From positions 288,001 to 352,000 of the forward strand of contig CBDDIJ010000003.1 of the NCBI GenBank assembly GCA_965228855.1: DNA of 64,000 nucleotides, in the 5' to 3' direction. Position 1 is the first letter of the stretch; every line of letters begins with the position of its first letter. The stretch comes from Candidatus Obscuribacterales bacterium. Lineage in GTDB: Bacteria; Cyanobacteriota; Vampirovibrionia; Obscuribacterales; Obscuribacteraceae. Made by a program: the position numbers and the translations under genes. Positions 1 through 9,418 of this stretch are shown piece after piece. A model generated the notes under the pieces. The model was not told the DNA's origin, made no database searches, and saw nothing but the letters and a program-made list of their open reading frames with translations.

Positions 1-2
1 TC

Positions 3-533
3 GACGACCTCTGTCGCAATCAGATCGGTCATGACTACAAGAAATTCTTACCGTTGATTGCGGCGATATTTATTTTTGTGTTAATGGGCAATTTGTTCGG
101 AATCTTTCCATGGGGAGCTTTCGTGCATATTCCTGGATGGCCGCATTTACCCAATGGCCATGAGCATTTCGAAGTTGCATCACCAACCACTGACATCAAC
201 GTAACGCTGGGCTTGGCTGTGATTGCGGTCATCACTTACGTCTGGGCCGGCTTCCAAAAACACGGAATGCATTACGGGCAGATGTATTTCACGCCGCTGG
301 GCATCATCGAATGGATGGACTTGATTATCCGTCCAGCCACACTGACACTGCGTCTTCTGCTCGTTATCACGGCAGACGAATTGACCAGAATGGTGGCATT
401 GCTCCTCTTGCCATGGATCGTCGCGCCAGTCGCTGTCATGGGATTCGAGATTTTCATCGCGTTGTTGCAAGCCTTCGTATTTTCGTTGTTGACTTCGATT
501 TACATTGGCTTGGCGGTCGCAGACCACCACTAA
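3..533 (+). CDS. atpB: F0F1 ATP synthase subunit a (5'-truncated by window edge)
   Basis: Frame open from nt 3 (DDLCRNQIGHDYKKFLPLI...); SPTTDINVTLGLA, RPATLTLRL..ADEL and LQAFVFSLLT..YI motifs; first gene of the atp cluster. Confidence 0.95.
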   Translation, partial: DDLCRNQIGHDYKKFLPLIAAIFIFVLMGNLFGIFPWGAFVHIPGWPHLPNGHEHFEVASPTTDINVTLGLAVIAVITYVWAGFQKHGMHYGQMYFTPLGIIEWMDLIIRPATLTLRLLLVITADELTRMVALLLLPWIVAPVAVMGFEIFIALLQAFVFSLLTSIYIGLAVADHH

Positions 534-693
534 CGTACTGATATAATCTAAGGCGTTCTTTGAAGCGAACTGGCTTGAATTCTCGAATTTCGAAGGTTCG
601 GTTAGTACAGTTTCATGTGGCAGCACACGCTAATTATTCGAATCGGTACAAAGAAAAGTTCGTAGGTTAGCTAGTTAGTCGAGGGAGAAAAAA

Positions 694-990
694 GTGGACC
701 ACCAATTAATTGCCCAAGCAGGTACAGTTGCAGCTGATCCAGCTCAAATGGAAGTGATGATCAAAGTCGCTTCGAGAATCGGCGCAGGTATCGCCGCAGT
801 TGGCGTTTTCGGTCCTGGAATCGGAATCGGAATCGCAGCATCGAAAGCACTCGAAGGTATGGCACGCCAACCTGAAATGACTGGTAAGCTCCTTGCAAAC
901 GGCATCATCTTCGCCGCTTTGATGGAAGCTCTCGGTCTGTTCGCTTTCGTCGTAGCAGTTCTTCTTTACTTGTTCCCGCTCGGTTTCTAA
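694..990 (+). CDS. atpE: F0F1 ATP synthase subunit c
   Basis: GxGxGxG helix, ARQPE loop, essential Glu in LMEAL; GTG start after GAGGGAG RBS; lacks the Q...ES/T Na+ signature, so probably H+-type. Confidence 0.97.
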   Translation: MDHQLIAQAGTVAADPAQMEVMIKVASRIGAGIAAVGVFGPGIGIGIAASKALEGMARQPEMTGKLLANGIIFAALMEALGLFAFVVAVLLYLFPLGF

Positions 991-1005
991 AAATCAAACC
1001 GAAGA

Positions 1006-1038
1006 CCTGCATGAGCGATTTTGCATTGCTCATGCAGG
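1006..1038 (+). promoter_or_regulatory. Intercistronic stem-loop after atpE
   Basis: CCTGCATGAGCGAT-tttgc-ATTGCTCATGCAGG, 14-bp stem with one G-U pair and no U-tract. Confidence 0.7.
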
Positions 1039-1100
1039 GAGTTAGACAGGATCGCGAGCACAACTTGCGAGAAAAATACTGACGGAATCCGTAAGAAGAA

Positions 1101-1580
1101 ATGCTTTTTCCAAACGCAACAATCATAGTGTTCATAATCAGCTTCTTGATCTTCATGATGCTCTTGAACGAGATCTTCTTGAAACCAGTTGGAGAAGCAA
1201 TCGAGGCTCGCAATCGTAAGATCGCGGCTGGTCTCGAAGCAAGCAAAGGATCTCGCGATGAGATTCGAGCTCTCACCGATGAATACGAAAAACGTCTCGC
1301 TGCCACTCGCGAAGAAGCGCAAACCGTCATCAGCACTGCTGTGACGTCCGCGCAGACTGTTCGCAACAAAGAGCTGGGAGCTATGAAAGATCGTGCTCGT
1401 AAACGTCTTGATGAGTCACGAGAACAACTGCAGTCTGAAAAGACCGTTCTCATCGATAACCTTGTCACCGAAGAAGCGCAGCTGGTGTCGCAAATCGTCG
1501 GTAAGGTCCTGAACGACCCGAGTAAATCGGTCGAAGTCAATTCGCAATCGGTTAAACAAGCACTGGAGGGAGCAGTCTGA
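1101..1580 (+). CDS. ATP synthase peripheral stalk subunit b'
   Basis: N-terminal TM (NATII..ISFLIFMMLLN.IFLKPV..IEAR) then coiled coil; first of two b-like genes. Confidence 0.9.
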   Translation: MLFPNATIIVFIISFLIFMMLLNEIFLKPVGEAIEARNRKIAAGLEASKGSRDEIRALTDEYEKRLAATREEAQTVISTAVTSAQTVRNKELGAMKDRARKRLDESREQLQSEKTVLIDNLVTEEAQLVSQIVGKVLNDPSKSVEVNSQSVKQALEGAV

Positions 1581-2161
1581 TGTTCTTCTTTGCCACAGAA
1601 ACAGCTCACCACCAGATGGGTCTCATAGATGTCATCCTGGATTGGAAACTCAATGTAATCAACTGGTTATTGTTGGTTGCATTTCTTGTTTATGGATGGA
1701 ACAAATTGGTTCCACCGAAACTGGCTCAGAGAGAGCAATCAATTAACGAGGCTCTGACTGTTGCCGAGCGTTCCAAACAAGAAGCTGACGCTCTTCTTGC
1801 TGAACAGAAGGACAGACTCGCTGACGCTGAGAAAGAAAGAGAGAAAATCGTCGACGAAGCCAAGGCAGTCGCAAAGCAACTGCAAGCAGATATCGAGTCT
1901 CAAACCAAGCGTGAAGTAGCGGATCTCGAGAAGAAAATGGAATCGGCGATTGCCAACGAAAGGCAGTTGATCATTACCGAAGTTCGCACTGCCGCAGTCA
2001 AAGCTGCGATGCAACTTTCCAGGCATCATCTCGAACAAAGCGTCACGGAAGCGGACAACAAGCGCTTGCTCACGCAATTTATGCAAGAGCTCGACAGCTT
2101 GGATAGCGGAAAATCGTATCCTCCGGGCACCGCAGTTGGTGCGACCGGAAGAAGCGAATAA
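1580..2161 (+). CDS. atpF: ATP synthase peripheral stalk subunit b
   Basis: NVINWLLLVAFL TM followed by long coiled coil; TGATG overlap with b'. Confidence 0.9.
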   Translation: MFFFATETAHHQMGLIDVILDWKLNVINWLLLVAFLVYGWNKLVPPKLAQREQSINEALTVAERSKQEADALLAEQKDRLADAEKEREKIVDEAKAVAKQLQADIESQTKREVADLEKKMESAIANERQLIITEVRTAAVKAAMQLSRHHLEQSVTEADNKRLLTQFMQELDSLDSGKSYPPGTAVGATGRSE

Positions 2162-2185
2162 TTTAGTCGGAGGCACTGTAACTAA

Positions 2186-2737
2186 ATGAAGGGTGAGTTG
2201 GCAGCAGTCGCAGCACAGTATGCAGAAGCAGTACTGGAACTCGCGGAGCAAGCTGGTCAGGGAGCTGACGAAAAGGTTCTCGACGATCTTAAACTTATAA
2301 ATGCAGTGCTCGAACAAACTCCTGATCTCGTGGTGATCTTGAATCATCCGGCGATTGACGGAGAGCAGAAATCCCAACTGCTTCTTAAATCATTCGAAGG
2401 CAAAATCAGTGAAACCACTCAGCGGATGCTGCGCCTGCTCGCAGACCGCCGCCGTCTGGATACGCTGAAGCCGCTGGAAGAAAAGTACGCAGAACTTTTG
2501 AGAGCCCGCAAAAATATCGTGAGCGCAAAACTCACAAGTTCAAAAGAGTTGAGCCAATCGGAAGTCGCCGATATCAAGGCAAGACTCACCGAACACCTCG
2601 GTAAGAAATTGGAACTTGAAGTCGAAGTCGACAAAAGTCTTTTGGGCGGAGTCGTTCTTCGTCTCGGAGACCAGGTTATAGACGGAAGCTTGAAAGGCAA
2701 ACTCGCAGTCATCGAAAAACAATTGACAGCGGTTTAA
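2186..2737 (+). CDS. atpH: ATP synthase F1 subunit delta
   Basis: VAAQYAEAVLELA N-terminus; VDKSLLGGVVLRLGDQVIDGSLKGKL C-terminus. Confidence 0.97.
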   Translation: MKGELAAVAAQYAEAVLELAEQAGQGADEKVLDDLKLINAVLEQTPDLVVILNHPAIDGEQKSQLLLKSFEGKISETTQRMLRLLADRRRLDTLKPLEEKYAELLRARKNIVSAKLTSSKELSQSEVADIKARLTEHLGKKLELEVEVDKSLLGGVVLRLGDQVIDGSLKGKLAVIEKQLTAV

Positions 2738-2819
2738 ACCGAAACAGTTTTTCAAACGCATCAGATATGGTGCAGTTTAAAGAGTAAGGACACCGAATAA
2801 CAGAGGTTAGGAAAACAAA

Positions 2820-4343
2820 ATGGCAATCAGACCCGACGAGATTACCTCGGTTTTGAAGTCACAACTGGAGCAGTACAAGTCGCAGCTCAACGTCAGCAAC
2901 GTCGGCAGCGTTCTCCAGGTAGGCGATGGTATCGCTCGTGTCTATGGCATGGAAAAAGCGATGTCGATGGAACTCGTTGAGTTCGCTGATCCGGACAAGA
3001 CCATGGGCATGGTTCTTAACCTTGAAGAAGATAACGTCGGTGTCGTTATCCTCGGTGAAGGTCGCAAAATTTATGAAGGCATGGAAGTAAAAACGACGGG
3101 TCGTATCGCTTCTATTCCCGTTGGTGAAGCCATGCTCGGCCGCGTCATCAACTCAATCGGAACACCGCTTGATGGTAAAGGACCGATTGCATCGACCGAG
3201 TTCTCACCGATGGAAATCATTGCTCCCGGTATCGTAAAACGTAAGTCGGTTCACGAACCACTGATGACCGGTCTTACTGCTATCGACGCCATGATCCCGA
3301 TTGGACGTGGTCAGCGCGAACTTATCATCGGCGACCGTCAGACAGGTAAAACTGCCATCGCCATCGATACGATTATCAACCAGAAGAATCAGCCTAACAG
3401 ACCGATTTGCATTTACGTCGCAATCGGACAAAAATCGTCGAACGTCGGTCGGATCCACAAGATTCTCGAAGACCACGGCGCCATGGAATACTCGGTTATC
3501 ATCCACGCCGCCGCGACCGATGCTCCGGCGCTGCAGTTCCTGGCACCATACGCCGGATGCGCAATCGGCGAGTACTTCATGAATAAAGGACAGCACGCTG
3601 TCGTTATCTTCGACGACTTGTCGAAGCATGCGCAAGCATACCGCGCTATGTCGCTGCTCCTCCGTCGTCCGCCAGGTCGTGAAGCGTTCCCTGGAGACGT
3701 ATTCTATCTGCACAGCCGCCTTCTCGAGCGTTCGGCTAAATTGTCCGATGCTCTGGGAGCTGGCTCCATGACCGCTCTTCCGATTGTTGAAACTCAAGCC
3801 GGCGACGTATCCGCATACATCCCGACCAACGTAATCTCAATCACAGACGGACAGATCTTCCTTGAAACCGACTTGTTCTACGCCGGTATCCGTCCTGCTA
3901 TCAACGCAGGTATCTCGGTATCCCGGGTAGGAGGCGCCGCGCAAACCAAAGCTATGAAAGCCGTAGCCGGTAAGCTTCGTCTCGACTTGGCGCAATTTAG
4001 AGAATTGGAATCGTTCGCTCAGTTCGCTTCCGACCTCGACAAAGCGACCCAAGATCAGATTCGCCGCGGGCAAAAACTGATGGAAGTTTTGAAACAGCCT
4101 CAGTTCCAACCGCTCAACCTCGCGGAACAAGTTTCGATCATCTACGCCGCTAACAACGGACTTCTCGATGATGTTGAAACCGGCAGCCTTCAGAAGTTCA
4201 AAGAAGAGTGGTTCAAGTATCTCGCTGCTCAGGCGAAAGATCTGTCTGCGAAGATCCTCACTGGCGACAAGCTCAGCGACGAAACAGAGAAAGAACTCAA
4301 AGAGCACGTCTCGAAGTTCAAGACCAATTTCTTCGTCAAATAG
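2820..4343 (+). CDS. atpA: ATP synthase F1 subunit alpha
   Basis: Walker [45 protein letters not shown]. Confidence 0.99.
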   Translation: MAIRPDEITSVLKSQLEQYKSQLNVSNVGSVLQVGDGIARVYGMEKAMSMELVEFADPDKTMGMVLNLEEDNVGVVILGEGRKIYEGMEVKTTGRIASIPVGEAMLGRVINSIGTPLDGKGPIASTEFSPMEIIAPGIVKRKSVHEPLMTGLTAIDAMIPIGRGQRELIIGDRQTGKTAIAIDTIINQKNQPNRPICIYVAIGQKSSNVGRIHKILEDHGAMEYSVIIHAAATDAPALQFLAPYAGCAIGEYFMNKGQHAVVIFDDLSKHAQAYRAMSLLLRRPPGREAFPGDVFYLHSRLLERSAKLSDALGAGSMTALPIVETQAGDVSAYIPTNVISITDGQIFLETDLFYAGIRPAINAGISVSRVGGAAQTKAMKAVAGKLRLDLAQFRELESFAQFASDLDKATQDQIRRGQKLMEVLKQPQFQPLNLAEQVSIIYAANNGLLDDVETGSLQKFKEEWFKYLAAQAKDLSAKILTGDKLSDETEKELKEHVSKFKTNFFVK

Positions 4344-4362
4344 TTAAAGAACGATTCGTTCG

Positions 4363-4383
4363 GCCCGGCTCTCTGAGCCGGGT
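4363..4383 (+). promoter_or_regulatory. Intercistronic stem-loop after atpA
   Basis: GCCCGGCTC-tct-GAGCCGGGT hairpin followed by a short T run. Confidence 0.6.
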
Positions 4384-4406
4384 TTCCTGAGGTACTCAAG
4401 AATCAA

Positions 4407-5348
4407 ATGGCAAACCTGAAAGCTATTCGTGGACGGATTAAAAGCGTCAAGTCGACGCAGAAAATTACGAAAGCAATGCAAATGGTGGCAGCTGCTCGAG
4501 TGAGAAGAGCGCAGGCGAGAACCCTTGCGACACGCCCGTTTACGAAGAAAATTATTCAGATGCTTCAGCAAGTCGTGCATGAAGCGAATGCGGTCGACTT
4601 GCAAGACATTCCGTTGTTGCATAAGCGCGAGCATATCAAACGAGTTGCCTTAGTCGTAATCTCGTCAGACCGCGGACTGTGCGGCTCTTATAACACCAAC
4701 GTTTTCAAAGCAACCATCAAACGCATTCATCAGCTCAGAGCTGAAAACAAAGAAGTTGTTTTGATCACGATCGGTTTAAAGGCGACTGGATTCTTCAAGC
4801 GCATTAAAGAAGTAGAGAGAATCAAGACATACACGAACTTGCCTGCGATTCCTACTTTTGAGACTGCAAAGATGGTGGCAGATTATGCCAACCACCTCTA
4901 CGTTCACGGTAAACCTCCGGAATCCGATCACAAGCCGGACTACGACGCTCCAGCTGATTTGAGCCAACGCGTCGATCAAGTTGAAATCATTGGAACTCGT
5001 TTCTTGAACCTCGGCAAACAAGAAACCGCCGAGTCCCAATTCTTGCCTGTACAACTTCCTGAAGGCGTCGATCACTTCCCGATGAGCGCCGAAACAATCT
5101 TCGAACCTACTCTTACCGAGTTGATGGAAGAAGAATTGATTCCCAAGTACGTCGACAACGTAATTTATCAAGCAATGCTCGAAGCTTCGGCTTCGGAGCT
5201 CGCTGCACGTATGAATGCTATGAGTAATGCAACTTCGAAAGCTTCTGAGCTGATTCAGGAGCTTACCCTTGTTTACAACAAGGCGCGTCAGGGCGATATT
5301 ACGCAACAGCTCCTCGAGATTGTCGGCGGTGCCGAGGCTCTGAAGTAG
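4407..5348 (+). CDS. atpG: ATP synthase F1 subunit gamma
   Basis: KITKAMQMVAAAR, SSDRGLCGSYN, ASELAARMNAMSNAT, YNKARQ..IT..LLEIVGGAEAL. Confidence 0.99.
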   Translation: MANLKAIRGRIKSVKSTQKITKAMQMVAAARVRRAQARTLATRPFTKKIIQMLQQVVHEANAVDLQDIPLLHKREHIKRVALVVISSDRGLCGSYNTNVFKATIKRIHQLRAENKEVVLITIGLKATGFFKRIKEVERIKTYTNLPAIPTFETAKMVADYANHLYVHGKPPESDHKPDYDAPADLSQRVDQVEIIGTRFLNLGKQETAESQFLPVQLPEGVDHFPMSAETIFEPTLTELMEEELIPKYVDNVIYQAMLEASASELAARMNAMSNATSKASELIQELTLVYNKARQGDITQQLLEIVGGAEALK

Positions 5349-5375
5349 CCTCGAAATTGACAGAACCATGTAAGG

Positions 5376-5410
5376 CGGGCGCTCCAAGATTGGGCGCCCG
5401 TTTCGCTTTT
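5376..5410 (+). terminator. Rho-independent terminator ending the atp operon
   Basis: CGGGCGCtCCA...TGGGCGCCCG stem followed by TTTCGCTTTT. Confidence 0.75.
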
Positions 5411-5467
5411 AAGAATTTAGGTACGGGGCGATGAGATTAATGTGAGATCGAATAGATATGCTGTTAT

Positions 5468-5486
5468 GATAATGAAAACGATTATC
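5468..5486. promoter_or_regulatory. Fur box
   Basis: GATAATGAAAACGATTATC, 16/19 match to consensus GATAATGATAATCATTATC, directly upstream of the tonB-like gene. Confidence 0.8.
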
Positions 5487-5497
5487 ATTCTTGCCTG

Positions 5498-6064
5498 GTG
5501 TTGGTATTTTCGATGACTTTACGTCTTTCGCTATGTCGTAATTTTGGAGCCGCTTTAGCCGCCGTCTTCGCACTTTCGATGGGCTATCCAGGCGACGTAT
5601 TTGCACAGGAAGCTAGTTCTGCGACTACAGATAGGATAGAAACGTCCGCTCGAACGGTCACTTTCGGAACAGCCGCAACTACGGTTTCGGAAACCAAAAC
5701 GCCCCTTGCTGAAAACCACGCAGAATCCAGGGAGACCCCGCCTGAGCCGAAGGGAAAGACGCTAGTTTTGAAGGGCGGGACCACCGATTCGTCAAGTTAT
5801 GAAGACGCTCTTGCTATCGAAGCGCCGCAGCCGGAACTGCCTGCAGAACACAACGAGCAAGGGATTAAAACCAGCTGCTGCGCGCGATTTACAATCGAGG
5901 AAAACGGCAAGTTCTCAGTGCGGCTGGTTTCATCAACCGGCTCCCAGGAAGTTGATGACTTGGCTCTGGCTACGCTCAGGCGCTGGAAGTTCAAACCCGC
6001 GCAGTTGAACGGAAAAGCCGTAAAGTCGAGCCGCAAGATCAAGATTGAATTTGAAATTGAGTAG
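5498..6064 (+). CDS. Energy transducer TonB-family protein (start may be ATG 5513)
   Basis: N-terminal hydrophobic segment, linker, TonB C-domain (FTIEENG...STGSQEVDDLAL..LRRWKFKPAQLNGKAV...IEF). Confidence 0.88.
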   Translation: MLVFSMTLRLSLCRNFGAALAAVFALSMGYPGDVFAQEASSATTDRIETSARTVTFGTAATTVSETKTPLAENHAESRETPPEPKGKTLVLKGGTTDSSSYEDALAIEAPQPELPAEHNEQGIKTSCCARFTIEENGKFSVRLVSSTGSQEVDDLALATLRRWKFKPAQLNGKAVKSSRKIKIEFEIE

Positions 6065-6295
6065 TTTTTAGTTCTGACTACTCTTCGATTGAGCTCATGA
6101 CGCCACGCAAGCGTTGCCTGAACGTGTAGGAAGCATCTGTGCTTCTGCGGTTTAGAAACTCGGCGAACTCGAATTGTTTTCGAAGCGAATTACCTTCCGC
6201 TGCGCTCCTGGATTCCAACACTCTAGTGGACGGTTTACAAGTGCAAATCCAGGATGCGAAGGGTTGATTTGCCCGGTTTTGTGTAATATCATTTT

Positions 6296-6314
6296 GGAAA
6301 TGAAAACGATTACC
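6296..6314. promoter_or_regulatory. Second Fur-like box
   Basis: GGAAATGAAAACGATTACC (13/19 to consensus); shares the exact 14-mer AATGAAAACGATTA with the box at 5468. Confidence 0.65.
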
Positions 6315-6440
6315 ATTTTAAAACAGCCGCTAAAACGTCGAACTTTTGGCTGAAAGCAATAGCAGTCGTTTTCATACGGGAGTCGATATCTCTTATGCGG
6401 ATTATTTAAATTCGCTACCAACCTGGAATCCGAAGTACTT

Positions 6441-9137
6441 ATGAATAGTCGAGCAGTAGCAGTTCTGTTTGCAACCAGTTTGTTGATTCAACAACCTGCT
6501 CTGGCTCAGGATGACGGCAAGTTCAATTCGATTTTAAACTCAACATCCGGATCTACACTGGCACCAGCTTCGGTGGCAGGTGAGCAGACAAAACCGAAGC
6601 CCGCATCAATTACGGGTAAAATTACCGACCTTACTAAAGTCTCCCCCGTGCCCGGCGCCAGGCTGCTTCTGATCAAGGAAGGTGCTGAGCATGTTCGCAA
6701 GGAAGTTGATGTCGCCAATGATGGCACTTTTCGCGCCGACGATTTAGAAGCAGGGCGTTGGGAAGTTACGATCTCTGCGCCAAATATGCTTTCGCATACA
6801 AATACAATCGATCTGTCTTCCGGCGAAATTCGCAGCATGGATGTCGCGCTCGAAGAACTCGAAGCCGAAGACGTCATGCGGATTACAGGTAAGCGCTCGC
6901 TTGTTCATCCTGAACAAATTGGGAGCAGGACAAACGTCACGCATGACATTATTTATCAATACAAATCCGGAAACAGTCTCAAAGAATTGATTGAAACTAC
7001 ACCTGGAGTTGTAAACGATAGCTTCGGCAATATCATCGTTCGTGGTGAGCACAACGCCGTCAACTACGTCCTTGATGATGTGATTCTGCCGGAGGCTGCC
7101 GGCGTTCTACAACAGACCAGTTTCGTCACGCCGCGCTCGCTGCAATCATTCGCGATGGACATTGGTGGTTACAAGGCGTCGGATGGTGGCGGACCGCTTG
7201 GAGCGGTCGCCCGCATGAAGTCTCTGCCCGTAAGTGCGAAGCCGAGCCTGACCATTGGTCAGCAACTTGGTGGACCGATGCAGGGCAACATTTACTATAA
7301 TGCCAGTGGTGCTTTTAGCCAAGATGAAACTTCGAAACTGAACAAACTGCGATTTGAAACTTCCGGCTCGTTTCGCGGAGCCGCGCTCGGGCTGCCCCCT
7401 CCGACCAGAAATTTCAAGCATGATGCACGCGCCGACATCAACGTTCTATCGAAGCTCGAGTATCAATTGTCGGAGCGCGATAGGTTTCGTTTGACTCTAG
7501 GACTGAACCATTCGTGGCTGCAGGTGCCGACTTCCAGGCTGTCGTATCGTGCTGGCGTTCGAGCCAGCCAGTACGACGCGCAAGACTATTTGATCGCAAG
7601 TTACAAACACACCTTCGAAAAATGGTTTGACGAAGCCAATCTTCATTTGGTTAACGCTTTTTACTACGAAGGCTACAAAAGCCGAAACGTCTTCGATCCC
7701 GATCCTGTGATAAACGGAGGTCAGCCTCTATGGTCAATCGCGCCGGATGCGAGTCGGTTCAATTATGCGTTTAGCGCGCAGGGAAACATCATCAAGACGT
7801 ATCGGAACACACATCGTTTGGAGGCGGGTTTCCTCTCAGAGGCACGTCCTGTGAGAACGAACTTCAGCGCAACCTATTACAACGCAGACCCTTTCAATCC
7901 TGACGTTCCGTACGGCGCAATCATCAGTCCCTTTACAGGAACGACCGCTGGTCCGCAGTTCAGTCCCGGGACCGGCAAGGTAAAGGGTTTCCGCTACCTG
8001 CAGAGTGCATATTTCCAGGATACCTGGCGACCGACGACCGGAATTCTAAAAAGACTAACTCTTGATGCGGGTGTTCGTGCGGACGTGTACCATGGCGTGT
8101 TCGGCAACACGAACCGGGTCGCGCAGACTTTGCTGACGATTCCCGATATTCCGGCTTTTTCTTCGTTCCCATTCCAAACGCAAAAAGTTACCAACGCTCA
8201 GGCAAGCGGTCGCTATGGCGGGTCGTTCGTACTGACACCAAATACGGTGCTCCGAGGATCGTTCTCGAACCTATTTATGCCACCACCCGTAGATGTGTTC
8301 GCTGTTCCTCCGGATGTGAATTCGATTGTGAACGGTGTATTTACAGGCACGTTGCGTCCGATGCAAGCAACTCGCGGCTGTCTTGCTGATACCAGTATTG
8401 AGCAGCAAATCGGACCGCGGTTTATGACGCGTACAAACTTGTTCTACAAAAAGCTGAAGAACTACGGTGACTCAGGAGTCATCGGAAACAGTCCTCTGTA
8501 CAACCGTCAAACAATCACAGGCCAGGAAGCTTATGGCGTTGAAACCCGTGTTGAGTTGAAACCGACCCGCGACGGCTATGGCTTCAACGGTTTTATCTCC
8601 AACACTTGGCAGATTGCCCTTCTACGCGGTCAAAAAGGCGTTAACGGTGGCATCTATGATCAGGCTGAAGCGCTCATTGAGGACAAATATCCGGATCACG
8701 ACAGGCGAGAAACTCTCACCGCCGCTGGTGGCTTTACTTCTCGAAGAGGTTGGTGGGTATTAGCTGACTATAAGTTCATGACTGGTCTACAGGACGGTCG
8801 CGATCCTGAACTTTACGGACCTCATCCTAAGCGCACACCGTACCTGAACATTTTTGGTGTCAGCGGTGGCTATAAGGCGCCTGAGGCGTTCACCGCAAAA
8901 CATCGTTGGATGCCGGACACCATCGATGTGCGTTTGGAAAACTTGTTCAACAATCGCCTTCCGACAAACCTGGGAAGTCCGTTCCAAGGTACTCGTTTCT
9001 TGCAGCCGTTTAATTTCCTCATAGGCTGTTCCTGGCATATAGGCAAACAACAGTACCGATTGAGCCAGAACCCGAACACGCCGACGCAACCCAAGATTGC
9101 TCAGTTGGTCTCAGGGAAAACGCTGTCATCGCCTTAG
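6441..9137 (+). CDS. TonB-dependent receptor with N-terminal carboxypeptidase-regulatory-like domain
   Basis: Signal peptide (ALA-Q); ITGKITD...PVPGA domain; plug (LIETTPGV...IIVRG...YVLDDV); barrel motifs AYFQDTW, LTLDAGVRAD, VRLENLFN. Confidence 0.9.
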   Translation: MNSRAVAVLFATSLLIQQPALAQDDGKFNSILNSTSGSTLAPASVAGEQTKPKPASITGKITDLTKVSPVPGARLLLIKEGAEHVRKEVDVANDGTFRADDLEAGRWEVTISAPNMLSHTNTIDLSSGEIRSMDVALEELEAEDVMRITGKRSLVHPEQIGSRTNVTHDIIYQYKSGNSLKELIETTPGVVNDSFGNIIVRGEHNAVNYVLDDVILPEAAGVLQQTSFVTPRSLQSFAMDIGGYKASDGGGPLGAVARMKSLPVSAKPSLTIGQQLGGPMQGNIYYNASGAFSQDETSKLNKLRFETSGSFRGAALGLPPPTRNFKHDARADINVLSKLEYQLSERDRFRLTLGLNHSWLQVPTSRLSYRAGVRASQYDAQDYLIASYKHTFEKWFDEANLHLVNAFYYEGYKSRNVFDPDPVINGGQPLWSIAPDASRFNYAFSAQGNIIKTYRNTHRLEAGFLSEARPVRTNFSATYYNADPFNPDVPYGAIISPFTGTTAGPQFSPGTGKVKGFRYLQSAYFQDTWRPTTGILKRLTLDAGVRADVYHGVFGNTNRVAQTLLTIPDIPAFSSFPFQTQKVTNAQASGRYGGSFVLTPNTVLRGSFSNLFMPPPVDVFAVPPDVNSIVNGVFTGTLRPMQATRGCLADTSIEQQIGPRFMTRTNLFYKKLKNYGDSGVIGNSPLYNRQTITGQEAYGVETRVELKPTRDGYGFNGFISNTWQIALLRGQKGVNGGIYDQAEALIEDKYPDHDRRETLTAAGGFTSRRGWWVLADYKFMTGLQDGRDPELYGPHPKRTPYLNIFGVSGGYKAPEAFTAKHRWMPDTIDVRLENLFNNRLPTNLGSPFQGTRFLQPFNFLIGCSWHIGKQQYRLSQNPNTPTQPKIAQLVSGKTLSSP

Positions 9138-9418
9138 GACGCTGTATGGCCTTGGCTAAGCTTAAGAACGCTGAAATGGTCGTGGATTACTAAGATTGAA
9201 ACGCCGCCGTGGTCGTGAGAATTAAGCTTCACCACATGTAGTGGCGCTGTGGAATACAGCGATGCCGCCTGAGTACTTTGGCGTCCAATAATTGCGGAGC
9301 AAGGTTTCTTTCAATCGTGTGATGTCTGATGTATATCTTCCCGTGCGGCTCGATCCTTGGGTTTTCATAAGGTTGGCAACCTCTTCTTAATAGACGCAGG
9401 TAAAGATATAATCAAGAG

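Noticed and set aside
694..990. Na+-translocating ATP synthase
   Set aside because: Subunit c lacks the Gln and Ser/Thr sodium ligands (GIGIG, MEAL)
905..5387. Long minus-strand ORFs over the atp operon
   Set aside because: Antisense shadows of highly expressed genes with biased codons
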